Assembly: GCA_030728985.1 (NCBI GenBank)
Contig: JANQYI010000013.1
Location: 43,648-107,647, forward strand
Length of the DNA stretch: 64,000 bases
Source of the DNA: Burkholderiaceae bacterium
Lineage (GTDB): Bacteria > Pseudomonadota > Gammaproteobacteria > Burkholderiales > Burkholderiaceae_B
Reading direction: 5' to 3'
The position numbers and the translations under genes were made by a program. Shown piece by piece: positions 1 to 9,873 of the stretch (positions are counted from its first letter, which is position 1; every line of letters starts with the position of its first letter). Under the pieces are notes generated by a model, which was not told where the DNA came from, made no database searches, and saw only the letters and a list, made by a program, of their open reading frames with translations.

Positions 1-479
1 AAGGCATCCCCGAAGCAGAGATCGTGAAAGGTTCTTTTGGTAAAGGTGTGCGTAAAGATCTAGAAGCCATTGTGGCCTACATCGTCACGCAATCAAAGGG
101 AATGAAGGTCAATGCCCCTGTTGCGCACCCCAAGGAAAAAGAAATGTTGGCGCTTGGCGAGAAGATTTTCTATCTCCAAGGCGGCCCCATGGACTTCTCC
201 TGTGCATCGTGTCATGCCGTCGATGACAAGCGTATCCGCATGCAGGACTTGCCAAACTTAACTAAGTCTAAAGGGGCAGCGGATGGCTGGGGTACTTGGC
301 CGGCCTATCGCGTTTCTAGCGGAACCTTTTGGACCATGCAGCGACGCTTAAATGACTGCTACCGTCAGCAGCGTATGCCGTTTCCGATCTATGGCTCCGA
401 CGTCACCGTCGCACTGTCTGTCTTCATGGCAAACAAAGCCAATGGCGGCACCGTCCAGACACCTGGTTTGAAGCGCTAA
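1..479 (+). CDS. soxA: Sulfur oxidation c-type cytochrome SoxA (5'-truncated by window edge)
   Basis: Frame open from window start; CASCH heme motif, WPAYR and RLNDCYRQQR active-site segment, ends PGLKR; directly upstream of soxX and soxB. Confidence 0.93.
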   Translation, partial: GIPEAEIVKGSFGKGVRKDLEAIVAYIVTQSKGMKVNAPVAHPKEKEMLALGEKIFYLQGGPMDFSCASCHAVDDKRIRMQDLPNLTKSKGAADGWGTWPAYRVSSGTFWTMQRRLNDCYRQQRMPFPIYGSDVTVALSVFMANKANGGTVQTPGLKR

Positions 480-496
480 TTCGAGGGAACACACAA

Positions 497-1129
497 ATGA
501 AAACAACATTGACAAAACTTGGCCTCGGCTTTTCTACCGCAGTCCTGATGCTGACTGCAGCACCAACAAGCTTCGCACAGCAAGTTGATCCCGCCGTGCA
601 AGCAATGATGGAGCGCAGTTTCCGCGAGCAAGGTATCGCGAAAATGGACCGCATCAAACCAGATGCGTTCCAAGCCCTATGTTCGGATGAAAAATTCCGC
701 GCGAGCGCCGAAGGCCAAAAGAAAGCCGAAGCACTTCAAAAAGCAGCTCTTGCAGCGATTAAGCCTCCTTCAGATGGCAAGTATCTAGGCGACTGGAAAG
801 CCGGTGAAAAAGTGGCTCAAAGCGGCAGAGGTGCAACTTGGAGCGACACGCTCAAAACCGTCAATGGTGGAGGTTGCTACAACTGCCATCAGGTTACCAA
901 GGAAGAAATTTCCTACGGCACGATCGGTCCTTCATTACTGAATTACGGAAAAATGCGCGGTAACAGCGAACCCATCCTGGTTTATACCTGGAACCGTATC
1001 AGCAACTCCAAGGCCTATAACGCTTGCAGCAACATGCCCCGTATGGCGCATTTCAACTTGCTGACCGAACAGCAAATGAAAGACGTCATGGCGCTGCTGT
1101 TGGATCCAGCCTCGCCTGTTAATAAATAA
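497..1129 (+). CDS. soxX: Sulfur oxidation c-type cytochrome SoxX
   Basis: Signal peptide, GGGCYNCH heme motif, GTIGPSL and SNMPR motifs; GAGGG RBS; between soxA and soxB. Confidence 0.93.
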   Translation: MKTTLTKLGLGFSTAVLMLTAAPTSFAQQVDPAVQAMMERSFREQGIAKMDRIKPDAFQALCSDEKFRASAEGQKKAEALQKAALAAIKPPSDGKYLGDWKAGEKVAQSGRGATWSDTLKTVNGGGCYNCHQVTKEEISYGTIGPSLLNYGKMRGNSEPILVYTWNRISNSKAYNACSNMPRMAHFNLLTEQQMKDVMALLLDPASPVNK

Positions 1130-1167
1130 TCTTAGAATCAAAGCATCGCGCTGTAAGGAAGCACAAC

Positions 1168-2892
1168 ATGGGTATGAGTCGTCGTGAATTTGTCCAGCTA
1201 ATGGCCATCGCATCCGCTGCGGGCCTCTCGCTCGGATCAGGCGCAAGTCGTGCACAGGCGGCATCGTCTTTGTATGACTTGCCAAAATTCGGCAATGTGC
1301 ATTTGATGCACTTTACTGACTGTCACGCTCAACTCAAACCCATTTACTTTCGCGAACCCAACGTCAACTTAGGTTTTGGTTCACAATTTGGTAAGCCGCC
1401 TCACTTGGTGGGCGATGCGTTCCTGAAGTTCTATGGCATCAAGCCAGGTACGCGTGAAGCACATGCATTGACCTATCTCGACTTTGATAAAGCCGCCTTG
1501 CAATACGGCAAGGTAGGTGGCTTTGCGCATATGGCCACGCTTGTTAAACAAGTACGTGCGAGTCGTCCTGGCGCACTGCTGTTAGATGGCGGCGATACGT
1601 GGCAAGGCTCTGGCACCGCCCTCTGGACCAAAGGTCAAGACATGGTGGACGCCTGTCTGGCTCTAGGTGTGGACATCATGACCGCTCACTGGGAAATGAC
1701 CCTCGGTGAACAGCGTGTCAAAGAAATCGTCGAAAAAGACTTTGCAGGCAAAGTTAATTTTGTCGCGCAAAACATCAAGACGACGGATTTTGAAGATCCC
1801 GTCTTTGATGCCTTTGTCATGAAAGAAATGAATGGAATCCCTGTCGCGATCATCGGACAAGCTTTCCCCTACACACCAATCGCCAACCCTCGTTATCTCG
1901 TGGAAAATTGGTCCTTCGGCATCGACGAAGAGAACATGCAAAAGACCGTCAATCTGGCGCGCTCCAAGGGTGCTCAAGTTGTGGTGGTGTTGTCTCACAA
2001 TGGTATGGACGTCGACCTCAAGATGGCGAGTCGCGTGCGCGGGATTGACGCCATTATGGGCGGTCACACGCATGATGGCGTGCCCGCCCCCGTCAAGGTC
2101 ACCAATCCAGGTGGCGTCACGCTCGTCACCAACGCAGGCTCGAACAGCAAGTTTCTTGGCGTGCTCGATTTCGATGTCAAAAACGGCAAAGTCTCTGACT
2201 TCAGATACCGTCTCTTGCCTGTTTTCGCGGACCTGATCCCCGCGGACAAACCAATGGACGCGCTGATCACTAAAATCCGTGCGCCCTACGAAGCCAAGCT
2301 CAACGAAAAACTTGCGACCGCTGAAGGCACCCTGTATCGACGCGGTAATTTCAATGGCACCTTCGATCAATTGATCGTGGATGGCTTGATCCAGATGAAA
2401 GGCGCAGAAATCGCTTTCTCGCCCGGTTTTAGATGGGGGACCTCGATTTTGCCCGGTCAAACGATCACGATGGAGCACTTGCTTGATCAGACCGCCATCA
2501 CCTATCCCTATACAACCATGACGCCCATGAGCGGCGAGATGATCAAGACCGTGCTCGAAGACGTCGCAGACAACCTCTTCAATCCAGACCCCTACTACCA
2601 ACAGGGTGGAGACATGGTGCGCGTCGGTGGTATGCAGTACACCATCGATCCCACCGCAACTGCCGGCAACCGGATTTCAGACATGCGCATCGGTGATAAA
2701 CCCATCGAGGCTTCGAAATCATACAAGGTCGCAGGCTGGGCACCAGTGTCCGAGGCCGCACGTGATGCAGGCGGCGAGCCCATCTGGGATGTCATGGCCA
2801 CCTATCTGCGTCAAATTAAAACGGTTGCGGCTAAAACACCTAGCTTACCTGTTATAAAAAATGCTGTTAACAATCCTGGAATGGCTGGATAA
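1168..2892 (+). CDS. soxB: Thiosulfohydrolase SoxB
   Basis: Tat signal SRREFVQ; metallophosphoesterase/5'-nucleotidase motifs TDCHAQ, DGGDTWQG, SHNG, GGHTH; sox context. Confidence 0.96.
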   Translation: MGMSRREFVQLMAIASAAGLSLGSGASRAQAASSLYDLPKFGNVHLMHFTDCHAQLKPIYFREPNVNLGFGSQFGKPPHLVGDAFLKFYGIKPGTREAHALTYLDFDKAALQYGKVGGFAHMATLVKQVRASRPGALLLDGGDTWQGSGTALWTKGQDMVDACLALGVDIMTAHWEMTLGEQRVKEIVEKDFAGKVNFVAQNIKTTDFEDPVFDAFVMKEMNGIPVAIIGQAFPYTPIANPRYLVENWSFGIDEENMQKTVNLARSKGAQVVVVLSHNGMDVDLKMASRVRGIDAIMGGHTHDGVPAPVKVTNPGGVTLVTNAGSNSKFLGVLDFDVKNGKVSDFRYRLLPVFADLIPADKPMDALITKIRAPYEAKLNEKLATAEGTLYRRGNFNGTFDQLIVDGLIQMKGAEIAFSPGFRWGTSILPGQTITMEHLLDQTAITYPYTTMTPMSGEMIKTVLEDVADNLFNPDPYYQQGGDMVRVGGMQYTIDPTATAGNRISDMRIGDKPIEASKSYKVAGWAPVSEAARDAGGEPIWDVMATYLRQIKTVAAKTPSLPVIKNAVNNPGMAG

Positions 2893-2895
2893 ATC

Positions 2896-3342
2896 ATGAA
2901 AAATTTTGTTTCTACATTAACACTCTGCCTTGCCTTGAGCATCGCGCCTTGGGCTGTGGGCGCTCAACAAGCGCCAGCTCAAGAGGGCAATAAAGTGCTG
3001 TATCACATTGATGACGCACAAACTCAAGGACTGAAAGGTCTAAGAAATATTCGCAATCATCTCGATGTTGCCCCCAAAACAAAGATCACCGTTGTCATGC
3101 ATGCCAACGGCGTGGATATTGTGATGGATGGCGCGACTGATAAAAAGTCAAAAGCTGAATATGCGCCGCTCGTCTCCGCCCTCGTTTCTCGCGGGGTGAC
3201 TTTCGAAGTGTGTGAAATTACACTGAAAAATAGAAAGCTTAAAAAGGAACAATTCCTTCTCGAGGCAAATTTCACTCCCTCTGGCGTCGCTCGAATTGCA
3301 GACTTACAAGTGCAACATAAATTTGCCTACATCAAGCCTTAA
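2896..3342 (+). CDS. Exported DsrE/DsrF-like protein
   Basis: Signal peptide; KVLYHI...LRNIRNHL...FEVCEITL...SGVARIADLQ...AYIKP pattern of DsrE family; 3 bp after soxB. Confidence 0.8.
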   Translation: MKNFVSTLTLCLALSIAPWAVGAQQAPAQEGNKVLYHIDDAQTQGLKGLRNIRNHLDVAPKTKITVVMHANGVDIVMDGATDKKSKAEYAPLVSALVSRGVTFEVCEITLKNRKLKKEQFLLEANFTPSGVARIADLQVQHKFAYIKP

Positions 3343-3353
3343 CGTTCTTTTCA

Positions 3354-4307
3354 ATGAATACGCCGATGCACGTTAGCCGTTCGCTTTTGTGCATGCTTGG
3401 TGTGATATTCATGCTGCATGCGACGCTTAGTCAAGCATCCGAGCACGTCTTAACGCTCGCACCCGTGAGCAAAAATGCTTATTACGCCGAAGGCGTTTCA
3501 GCGCTTGGTTCGCCTCTTAACAAAAACTTTATCTCAAATGCAGGCGTCGTCATTGGCCCGACTGGCGTTATCGTCATTGACGCACTTGGCTCGCCTGCGC
3601 TTGGTAAACAACTCATCGCCGAGATTCGAACACTCACCGACAAACCAATTCAGTTTGTCATCGTGACACACTATCATGCAGACCATATTTACGGCCTGCA
3701 AAGCTTCATCGATATTGGCGCGACCATCATCGCACAAGAAACCGCGAAAGAATACTTGAGTTCGGATACGGCTCAACTCCGCCTTCAAGCCTCACGTACC
3801 GAGCTCGCACCTTGGGTCAATGCTGACACGCGTCTCGTATCAGCCTCAATGTGGATTAGCCAGGACACCCGCCTGTCGCTCTCCGGACTTGACGTAGAGT
3901 TAATCAAAATGGGTCCTGCGCATACACCCGATGATCTGGCGATCTATTTCCCGTCCGAGGGGGTCCTCTTTGCCGGCGATCTAGTTTTTCGAGGCCGCAT
4001 TCCTTATGTTGGCAATGCGGATAGCTTAGGTTGGATCAAATCTTTGGACAAGTTATTGGCCCGTGAAGCTCAAGTGATTGTGCCAGGGCATGGGCCCACT
4101 TCTACGTCGACGAAAGAAGACTTGCAATTCACGCGGGACTATTTAATTTTTGTCCGCAAGGCCATGGAACAAGCCGCTCGTGACCTTGATCCCTTTGACG
4201 AAGCCTATGCTGCGACAGACTGGTCGCGCTATGAAAAAATCCCACTTTTCAGAGTGGCAAACCGCATGAATGCCTACAACGTTTACCTATCTATCCAAAA
4301 CGAGTAA
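3354..4307 (+). CDS. Exported metallo-beta-lactamase-fold hydrolase (SoxH-like)
   Basis: THYHADH, AHT, AGD, PGHG motifs; signal peptide; in sox operon. Confidence 0.8.
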   Translation: MNTPMHVSRSLLCMLGVIFMLHATLSQASEHVLTLAPVSKNAYYAEGVSALGSPLNKNFISNAGVVIGPTGVIVIDALGSPALGKQLIAEIRTLTDKPIQFVIVTHYHADHIYGLQSFIDIGATIIAQETAKEYLSSDTAQLRLQASRTELAPWVNADTRLVSASMWISQDTRLSLSGLDVELIKMGPAHTPDDLAIYFPSEGVLFAGDLVFRGRIPYVGNADSLGWIKSLDKLLAREAQVIVPGHGPTSTSTKEDLQFTRDYLIFVRKAMEQAARDLDPFDEAYAATDWSRYEKIPLFRVANRMNAYNVYLSIQNE

Positions 4308-4312
4308 GACGT

Positions 4313-4816
4313 TCAGCGACGATTAAAGCGCGCGAGTTCAAAAATATCGAGATCCACCATCTGACCGACGTCTTTTTGTAAGACACGGCCAGAGGGGTCG
4401 ATCACATACAGCTCGGGGATGCCACGGCGCTTGCCAATCGCCCGATCAAGCTCGGGCGTCATCATCGCGACTGGAAAATTAATCTCGTTATTTTTAATGT
4501 AGTTTTGAACAGTCTTTTGCTTTTTGTCGACCGACAGCGTCATCACTAGTAAATTGCCCCCCTGCGTGCGTCGCACGAGTTCTTTAAGATTGGCATTTTG
4601 ACGATGGCAATACGGACACCAGGTGGCCCACACTTGCACGACTAAATATTTACCTTTGAGATCGGACGAAGTGAACTGCCGTCCCTCGACTGTCACAAAC
4701 TTATCAAATTTTATATAGTCGCCAACACCAAGAGCGTGAACAGCCGTTAAAGGTGAAAGGCATAAGGCCATCCACATGCTTGCTCTACAAAAATACTTAA
4801 AAAACATCATGGGCAA
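4313..4816 (-). CDS. TlpA-family thiol-disulfide oxidoreductase
   Basis: WATWCPYC motif, GIP cis-Pro loop, N-terminal signal-like segment. Confidence 0.85.
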   Translation of the reverse strand: MPMMFFKYFCRASMWMALCLSPLTAVHALGVGDYIKFDKFVTVEGRQFTSSDLKGKYLVVQVWATWCPYCHRQNANLKELVRRTQGGNLLVMTLSVDKKQKTVQNYIKNNEINFPVAMMTPELDRAIGKRRGIPELYVIDPSGRVLQKDVGQMVDLDIFELARFNRR

Positions 4817-4830
4817 TCATGTCCCTTATG

Positions 4831-4850
4831 TTTTGTTTTGTTTTGTTTTG
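4831..4850. repeat. (TTTTG)4 pentanucleotide simple repeat upstream of the TlpA gene
   Basis: ttttgttttgttttgttttg read directly. Confidence 0.8.
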
Positions 4851-4867
4851 ATTTTTATCACTCCGGC

Positions 4868-4905
4868 CACAAATCAAAACAGACGCACCATCAGCGCGTC
4901 TGTTT
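4868..4905 (-). terminator. Probable intrinsic terminator downstream of hppA
   Basis: AAACAGACGC (4877-4886) / GCGTCTGTTT (4896-4905) inverted repeat ending in a T-rich tail (TTTTGATTT) on the minus strand. Confidence 0.65.
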
Positions 4906-5005
4906 AAACGAGGACACTTTCTTTATCGAGGCCTCATCTTCGACAAGCTAGCTGCAATTAAACCTACAAAGCTACGCCGAAGATTTGGCTCCAATATCAA
5001 CAGGT

Positions 5006-7066
5006 TTAAATCATCAAAGGAACAATCAACAAAGCAACGATATTGATGATTTTGATGAGAGGATTAATTGCTGGTCCTGCGGTGTCTTTATAAGGATCGC
5101 CAACAGTATCACCAGTAATCGCAGCCTTGTGCGTCTCCGATCCTTTGCCTCCGTAGTGACCTTCTTCGATATACTTTTTGGCGTTATCCCAAGCGCCTCC
5201 GCCTGTACACATCGAGATTGCGACAAACAGACCTGTGACGATCGTGCCCATCAGCAATCCGCCTAAGGCTTCTGGCCCAAGGATCAAACCGACCGCAATC
5301 GGCGCGACAACCGGCAATAACGATGGGATGATCATTTCTTTAATCGCTGCCGTGGTCAGCATATCAACGGCCTTGTCGTACTCTGGCTTGGCAGTGCCCT
5401 CCATAATGCCTTTGATATCGCGGAACTGACGGCGCACCTCTTCAACCACTGAACCTGCGCAACGTCCGACCGCCTCCATCGCCATCGCTCCGAACAAATA
5501 CGGAATCAATCCGCCGATGAACAAACCGATGATCACGCGATGGTCTGACAAATCAAACGTCACCTTTAGACCATTGGCCTCAAGCGCGTGTGTATAGTCA
5601 GCGAACAACACGAGCGCTGCCAAACCGGCAGAACCGATGGCATAGCCTTTTGTCACCGCTTTTGTCGTATTACCGACAGCATCCAATGGATCTGTGATGT
5701 CGCGCACAGACTGTGGCAGTCCCGCCATCTCTGCGATACCACCCGCGTTATCCGTAATCGGACCATAGGCATCAAGTGCCACCACAATCCCAGCCATCGA
5801 GAGCATGGATGTCGCGGCGATCGCGATGCCATAAATTCCTCCCAACCAATAGGCGGAGTAGATGGCTGCGCAGACAAACAAAACAGGCCAAGCAGTCGAA
5901 CGCATCGAAACGCCGAGACCAGCGATCATGTTGGTGCCGTGACCCTGACTCGATGCTTTGGCGATATGCTTGACTGGTGCATAGTCTGTGCCGGTGTAGT
6001 ACTCAGTGATCCACACTAACAACGCTGTCAGCACGAGGCCCACAACAGTCGCACCAAAAAGTCGTAATTTCCCACCTGTGGCAAAACCAACATCAGCAAG
6101 AATATTGTCGGGCATCATCCAGTTAGTTGCGAAGTAAAACGCAACGAGTGAAATGACACCTGCAATCACTAGCCCTTTGTAAAGCGCTGGCATCACATTT
6201 TTCATGCCCGGCGTAGCTTTAACAAAAGAGCAGCCGATGATCGATGCGATGATGGATATGCCACCCAACACAAGGGGGTAGACAACGGCCTCTGCCGTGG
6301 CAACCTTGATCATCAATGCGCCTAGCACCATCGTCGCAATTAAGGTCACTGCATAAGTTTCAAATAGATCGGCAGCCATACCCGCGCAATCGCCAACATT
6401 ATCACCAACGTTATCTGCAATCACAGCAGGGTTGCGAGGATCATCCTCAGGAATACCTGCCTCGACCTTTCCGACCAAGTCAGCACCCACGTCTGCGCCT
6501 TTGGTGAAAATACCCCCACCTAGCCGAGCGAAAATCGAAATCAGTGAAGATCCGAACGCAAGCCCGATCAGAGGGTGGAGAATCACAGACATACTTTGCT
6601 CTTTGCCGGTTGTATGCAAATAGAGATAAAACAAACCGACACCCAGCATTCCAAGTCCCACAACGAGCATGCCGGTAATCGCACCGCCCTTAAAAGCAAC
6701 ATTGAGCGCCTCGTTCATGCCCTTCGTGGCCGCCTCGGCTGTTCGTACATTCGCCCGAACGGAAACATTCATCCCTATAAAACCGCAGGCCCCTGATAAC
6801 ACGGCACCGATCACGAATCCCGCAGCGGTCAGGTTATCGATAAAGATTGCAATGAGGATTGTAAGTACCACGCCAACGAACGCGATCGTTTTATATTGCC
6901 TTGAAAGATACGCACTTGCCCCCTGCTGAATCGCCTCCGCGATTTCGACCATGCGTGCATTTCCCGTGGCTTGCTGAAGGATCCAGGAGCGAACAAAAAA
7001 ACCATATAAAACCGCTATCACTCCACAGCCGAGGGCAAAGTAAAGGCCCAGTGTGACGTTACTCAT
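5006..7066 (-). CDS. hppA: Membrane-bound H+-translocating pyrophosphatase, K+-independent type
   Basis: [50 protein letters not shown] motifs; GNTTKAVT has the Lys/Thr of K+-independent mPPases. Confidence 0.96.
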   Translation of the reverse strand: MSNVTLGLYFALGCGVIAVLYGFFVRSWILQQATGNARMVEIAEAIQQGASAYLSRQYKTIAFVGVVLTILIAIFIDNLTAAGFVIGAVLSGACGFIGMNVSVRANVRTAEAATKGMNEALNVAFKGGAITGMLVVGLGMLGVGLFYLYLHTTGKEQSMSVILHPLIGLAFGSSLISIFARLGGGIFTKGADVGADLVGKVEAGIPEDDPRNPAVIADNVGDNVGDCAGMAADLFETYAVTLIATMVLGALMIKVATAEAVVYPLVLGGISIIASIIGCSFVKATPGMKNVMPALYKGLVIAGVISLVAFYFATNWMMPDNILADVGFATGGKLRLFGATVVGLVLTALLVWITEYYTGTDYAPVKHIAKASSQGHGTNMIAGLGVSMRSTAWPVLFVCAAIYSAYWLGGIYGIAIAATSMLSMAGIVVALDAYGPITDNAGGIAEMAGLPQSVRDITDPLDAVGNTTKAVTKGYAIGSAGLAALVLFADYTHALEANGLKVTFDLSDHRVIIGLFIGGLIPYLFGAMAMEAVGRCAGSVVEEVRRQFRDIKGIMEGTAKPEYDKAVDMLTTAAIKEMIIPSLLPVVAPIAVGLILGPEALGGLLMGTIVTGLFVAISMCTGGGAWDNAKKYIEEGHYGGKGSETHKAAITGDTVGDPYKDTAGPAINPLIKIINIVALLIVPLMI

Positions 7067-7257
7067 TCGATGAACTCCATTAAGGGTTTGTCTCTTTTTA
7101 TTGATACAGAGCGCCCCTCCATGGGAGGCTTGCGCACCAAGTCGTCATAAAGCAAGTATTTCTAACGTTCAACAGGATACGATGAACAAGAGGGATTTTA
7201 TCCATTTTTGTTAAGATTAGGGTATTTACTAATTCACCTTGTTTCTACGGAGCCATA

Positions 7258-7797
7258 ATGAGTCTTGACAAAGTCAGCGCGGGCAAGAACATTCCCGAGT
7301 CATTTAACGTCATCATTGAAATTTCAATGAATGCTGACCCGATTAAATACGAAGTAGACAAGGATTCTGGTGAGTTATTTGTCGATCGCTTTATGGGCAC
7401 ATCGATGCACTACCCCTGCAACTATGGCTACATCCCCAAAACGATCGCAGGTGACGGTGATCCGGTAGACGTTTTGGTCATCACTCCCTTTCCCGTTATC
7501 CCTGGGGTCATCGTCCGCTGCCGCGCTCTTGGCGTCCTCAATATGGAAGACGAAGGCGGCGAAGACGCCAAGCTCTTGGCTGTTCCCGAAGACAAAATTC
7601 TCCCTATTTACAGCCACTGGAAACAGGCCTCAGACATTCATCCGATGCGCCTGAACGCTATTCAGCACTTCTTTGAGCATTACAAAGATCTTGAAAAGGG
7701 CAAATGGGTCAAGGTCAAGGGCTGGGGTGGCATCGACGAGGCCCATCAGGAAATATTGACAGGCATCAAGCGTTACCAAGAAGAAAACAAAGTTTAA
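7258..7797 (+). CDS. ppa: Soluble family I inorganic pyrophosphatase
   Basis: KYE, YPCNYG, DGDPVDV, HFFEHYKDLE motifs; GGAG RBS. Confidence 0.96.
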   Translation: MSLDKVSAGKNIPESFNVIIEISMNADPIKYEVDKDSGELFVDRFMGTSMHYPCNYGYIPKTIAGDGDPVDVLVITPFPVIPGVIVRCRALGVLNMEDEGGEDAKLLAVPEDKILPIYSHWKQASDIHPMRLNAIQHFFEHYKDLEKGKWVKVKGWGGIDEAHQEILTGIKRYQEENKV

Positions 7798-7805
7798 GAT
7801 TGTTT

Positions 7806-8138
7806 TTACGCACCCGGTTGACCTTGGCTTGGCGGAACCATTTCCTGCCAGCCAAGGATCTCCGCTAGTCGCAGGATCACCCACTGCGCCTCTGCCGCTG
7901 CCAGTCCAATCTCGTCATCACCCAGTCCCTGGTGGATCCTTTCCAGTACATCGGTTTCGGTGATGCCAAGCTCCCACAGCTTGTTGGTCGCCTGTTCCGT
8001 CAACAGATTGGCCAAGTCCTCACACAAATCGTAACGTGCGTAGATATGCTCTCGCGTCGCGCTCGGCTTCGTGCGGCCTGGCTCGACAAATAACGCGATA
8101 AAAGAAGGCGGGATGGTGCTTTGATTGTCGTCACTCAT
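7806..8138 (-). CDS. Small hypothetical protein
   Basis: 110-aa ORF filling the gap, protein-like composition (IPPSFIALF...ARYDLCEDLA...WVILRLAEILGW). Confidence 0.65.
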   Translation of the reverse strand: MSDDNQSTIPPSFIALFVEPGRTKPSATREHIYARYDLCEDLANLLTEQATNKLWELGITETDVLERIHQGLGDDEIGLAAAEAQWVILRLAEILGWQEMVPPSQGQPGA

Positions 8139-8246
8139 CGCTGCGCTGCAACAGTGCGTTCATACATGTCATTTTAAATCCTGGGTTGGCAACTGCGAGT
8201 CTTTACACGATACTACGTAGCTTATGTGACTTTTAAGCCTACACCC

Positions 8247-9080
8247 ATGTCTTCGACAAAAAGTTCTTCGCGTGAACACTCGGTGACTCTGCCCGATGGC
8301 GCCGTATTGCGGGTTTTAGACGATGGGGCAGGGCCTGCGCTCCTGCTTATCAGCGGGTTGGGCGGCACGGCAAACTTTTGGAACCCCTGCGTCCCTGCTT
8401 TTGCGACCCATTACCGTACCCTTAGGCTGGATCAGCGCGGCATCGCCAAGAGCTCTCGGGGGTCCGCACCCTGCACCATTGATCAGCTCGCACAGGACTG
8501 TCTGGCCGTTCTAGATGCTTGCGATATTAAAACCGCCATGGTCGTGGGGCACTCCACCGGTGGATGCATCGCGCAAACCATGGCGCTTCTCGCGCCGGAC
8601 CGGATTCAGGCCTGCGTCTTCAGTGCCACATGGGGCAAACCAAGTCGCCATAGAAAAGAACTCTTTTCCACGCGCCGCGACATGCTATTTCGCGATCCAG
8701 TGGGCTATGCCTGCTCTTCTGTTTTTATGGGACACGATGCGCACTGGCTCAACAACAACTGGAGTGTTCTTGAGAATGCACGCGCCAATGCCCCAGTCAC
8801 TCCCGAGGCACAACGCATCGTGGCCGAACGACTCGATGCCCTGATCGCTTTTGATCGAAGTGCCGAGATTCAGAACATTAAGGCCCCAACGCTGGTCATG
8901 GGTGCACGCGACGATTTGATTGTGCCCTCATTTTTACAGGAAGAGCTTGTCACCACTCTTAAAGATGCTAATTTTCATTTGTTTGAACAAGGCGGTCACT
9001 TTTACCCTGTGACCAGAACGACCTTGTTTTGTTCGTATGTATTAACTTGGCTTAATTCAGCAGTTAGATTGGTGAGCTAG
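8247..9080 (+). CDS. Alpha/beta hydrolase (RutD/PcaD-like)
   Basis: SGLGG oxyanion region, DQRG, GHSTGG nucleophile elbow, D..VP acid, GGHF His; start uncertain (8226 GTG or 8247 ATG). Confidence 0.85.
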   Translation: MSSTKSSSREHSVTLPDGAVLRVLDDGAGPALLLISGLGGTANFWNPCVPAFATHYRTLRLDQRGIAKSSRGSAPCTIDQLAQDCLAVLDACDIKTAMVVGHSTGGCIAQTMALLAPDRIQACVFSATWGKPSRHRKELFSTRRDMLFRDPVGYACSSVFMGHDAHWLNNNWSVLENARANAPVTPEAQRIVAERLDALIAFDRSAEIQNIKAPTLVMGARDDLIVPSFLQEELVTTLKDANFHLFEQGGHFYPVTRTTLFCSYVLTWLNSAVRLVS

Positions 9081-9860
9081 AAATTTCATCAATGTATCCG
9101 AGCATTGTTCTGCATACCCATCACAGATATTGTGACCAGCAGTATCAACATAAACGAGCTCTGAGCCTTTAATTCGCTGATGCATTTCCTCATACGCGTC
9201 GGCGTGACCAATCGACTCTTTACCTGCCGCTACAATCAGTGTCGGACACTTGATATTGACTAGTTCTTCCATGAAGTCATGCGTGCACATGTGCAATACA
9301 AATCTTGCTATAAACGCTGGATCATTTGAGCCCGCTTGATCGATAAACCAAGCAACCAATCCTGGATCAGCCGTCTTGTCAAATCTTTCATAAATCGTAT
9401 CTGCCAAAAATTTCTTCAGCCCAATTTCTTTGATTTTTGGTATCCATGTTGGCGCATGGCTTTGCTTAAGCCCTGGCGTTGCACCAAATAAAGCCAGGGC
9501 TTTTACTCGCTCCGGATACTGCAGCGTCATCTGTTGCGCGACATATCCACCTGCTGAGTTACCAACAAGATTTATTTTTTTTACGCCAATATGATCCAAC
9601 AACGCAATAGCATCATCAACCAAATGCTGAAGGGTAAATGCTTGCTCACTTAATGGAATAGTGGATTTTCCATGTCCTCGCAAATCCATTCGAACCACAC
9701 GATAATTTCTAGCAAGTTTAGGTATCCAGCTAAACCATCTTTGTGAATTGCCCATCGCGGCATGAAGCAAAAAAACGGTTTCTGGCTCAACCCACGGTTT
9801 AGTAAAGTCGTCAATGTAGTAAGCTAATTTCAAACCGTCGCGGGTCATAGAATTTTGCAT
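9057..9860 (-). CDS. Alpha/beta hydrolase
   Basis: DLRGHG, GNSAGG nucleophile elbow, AGHNI catalytic His. Confidence 0.85.
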   Translation of the reverse strand: MQNSMTRDGLKLAYYIDDFTKPWVEPETVFLLHAAMGNSQRWFSWIPKLARNYRVVRMDLRGHGKSTIPLSEQAFTLQHLVDDAIALLDHIGVKKINLVGNSAGGYVAQQMTLQYPERVKALALFGATPGLKQSHAPTWIPKIKEIGLKKFLADTIYERFDKTADPGLVAWFIDQAGSNDPAFIARFVLHMCTHDFMEELVNIKCPTLIVAAGKESIGHADAYEEMHQRIKGSELVYVDTAGHNICDGYAEQCSDTLMKFLAHQSNC

Positions 9861-9873
9861 AAATACTCTCTGA

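Noticed and set aside
1663-2601. 312-aa antisense ORF within soxB, and the many similar shadow ORFs opposite or out of frame in hppA, prfC, topB, liuD and gyrB
   Set aside because: Fully overlap well-supported genes, have no recognisable motifs, and are expected from codon bias
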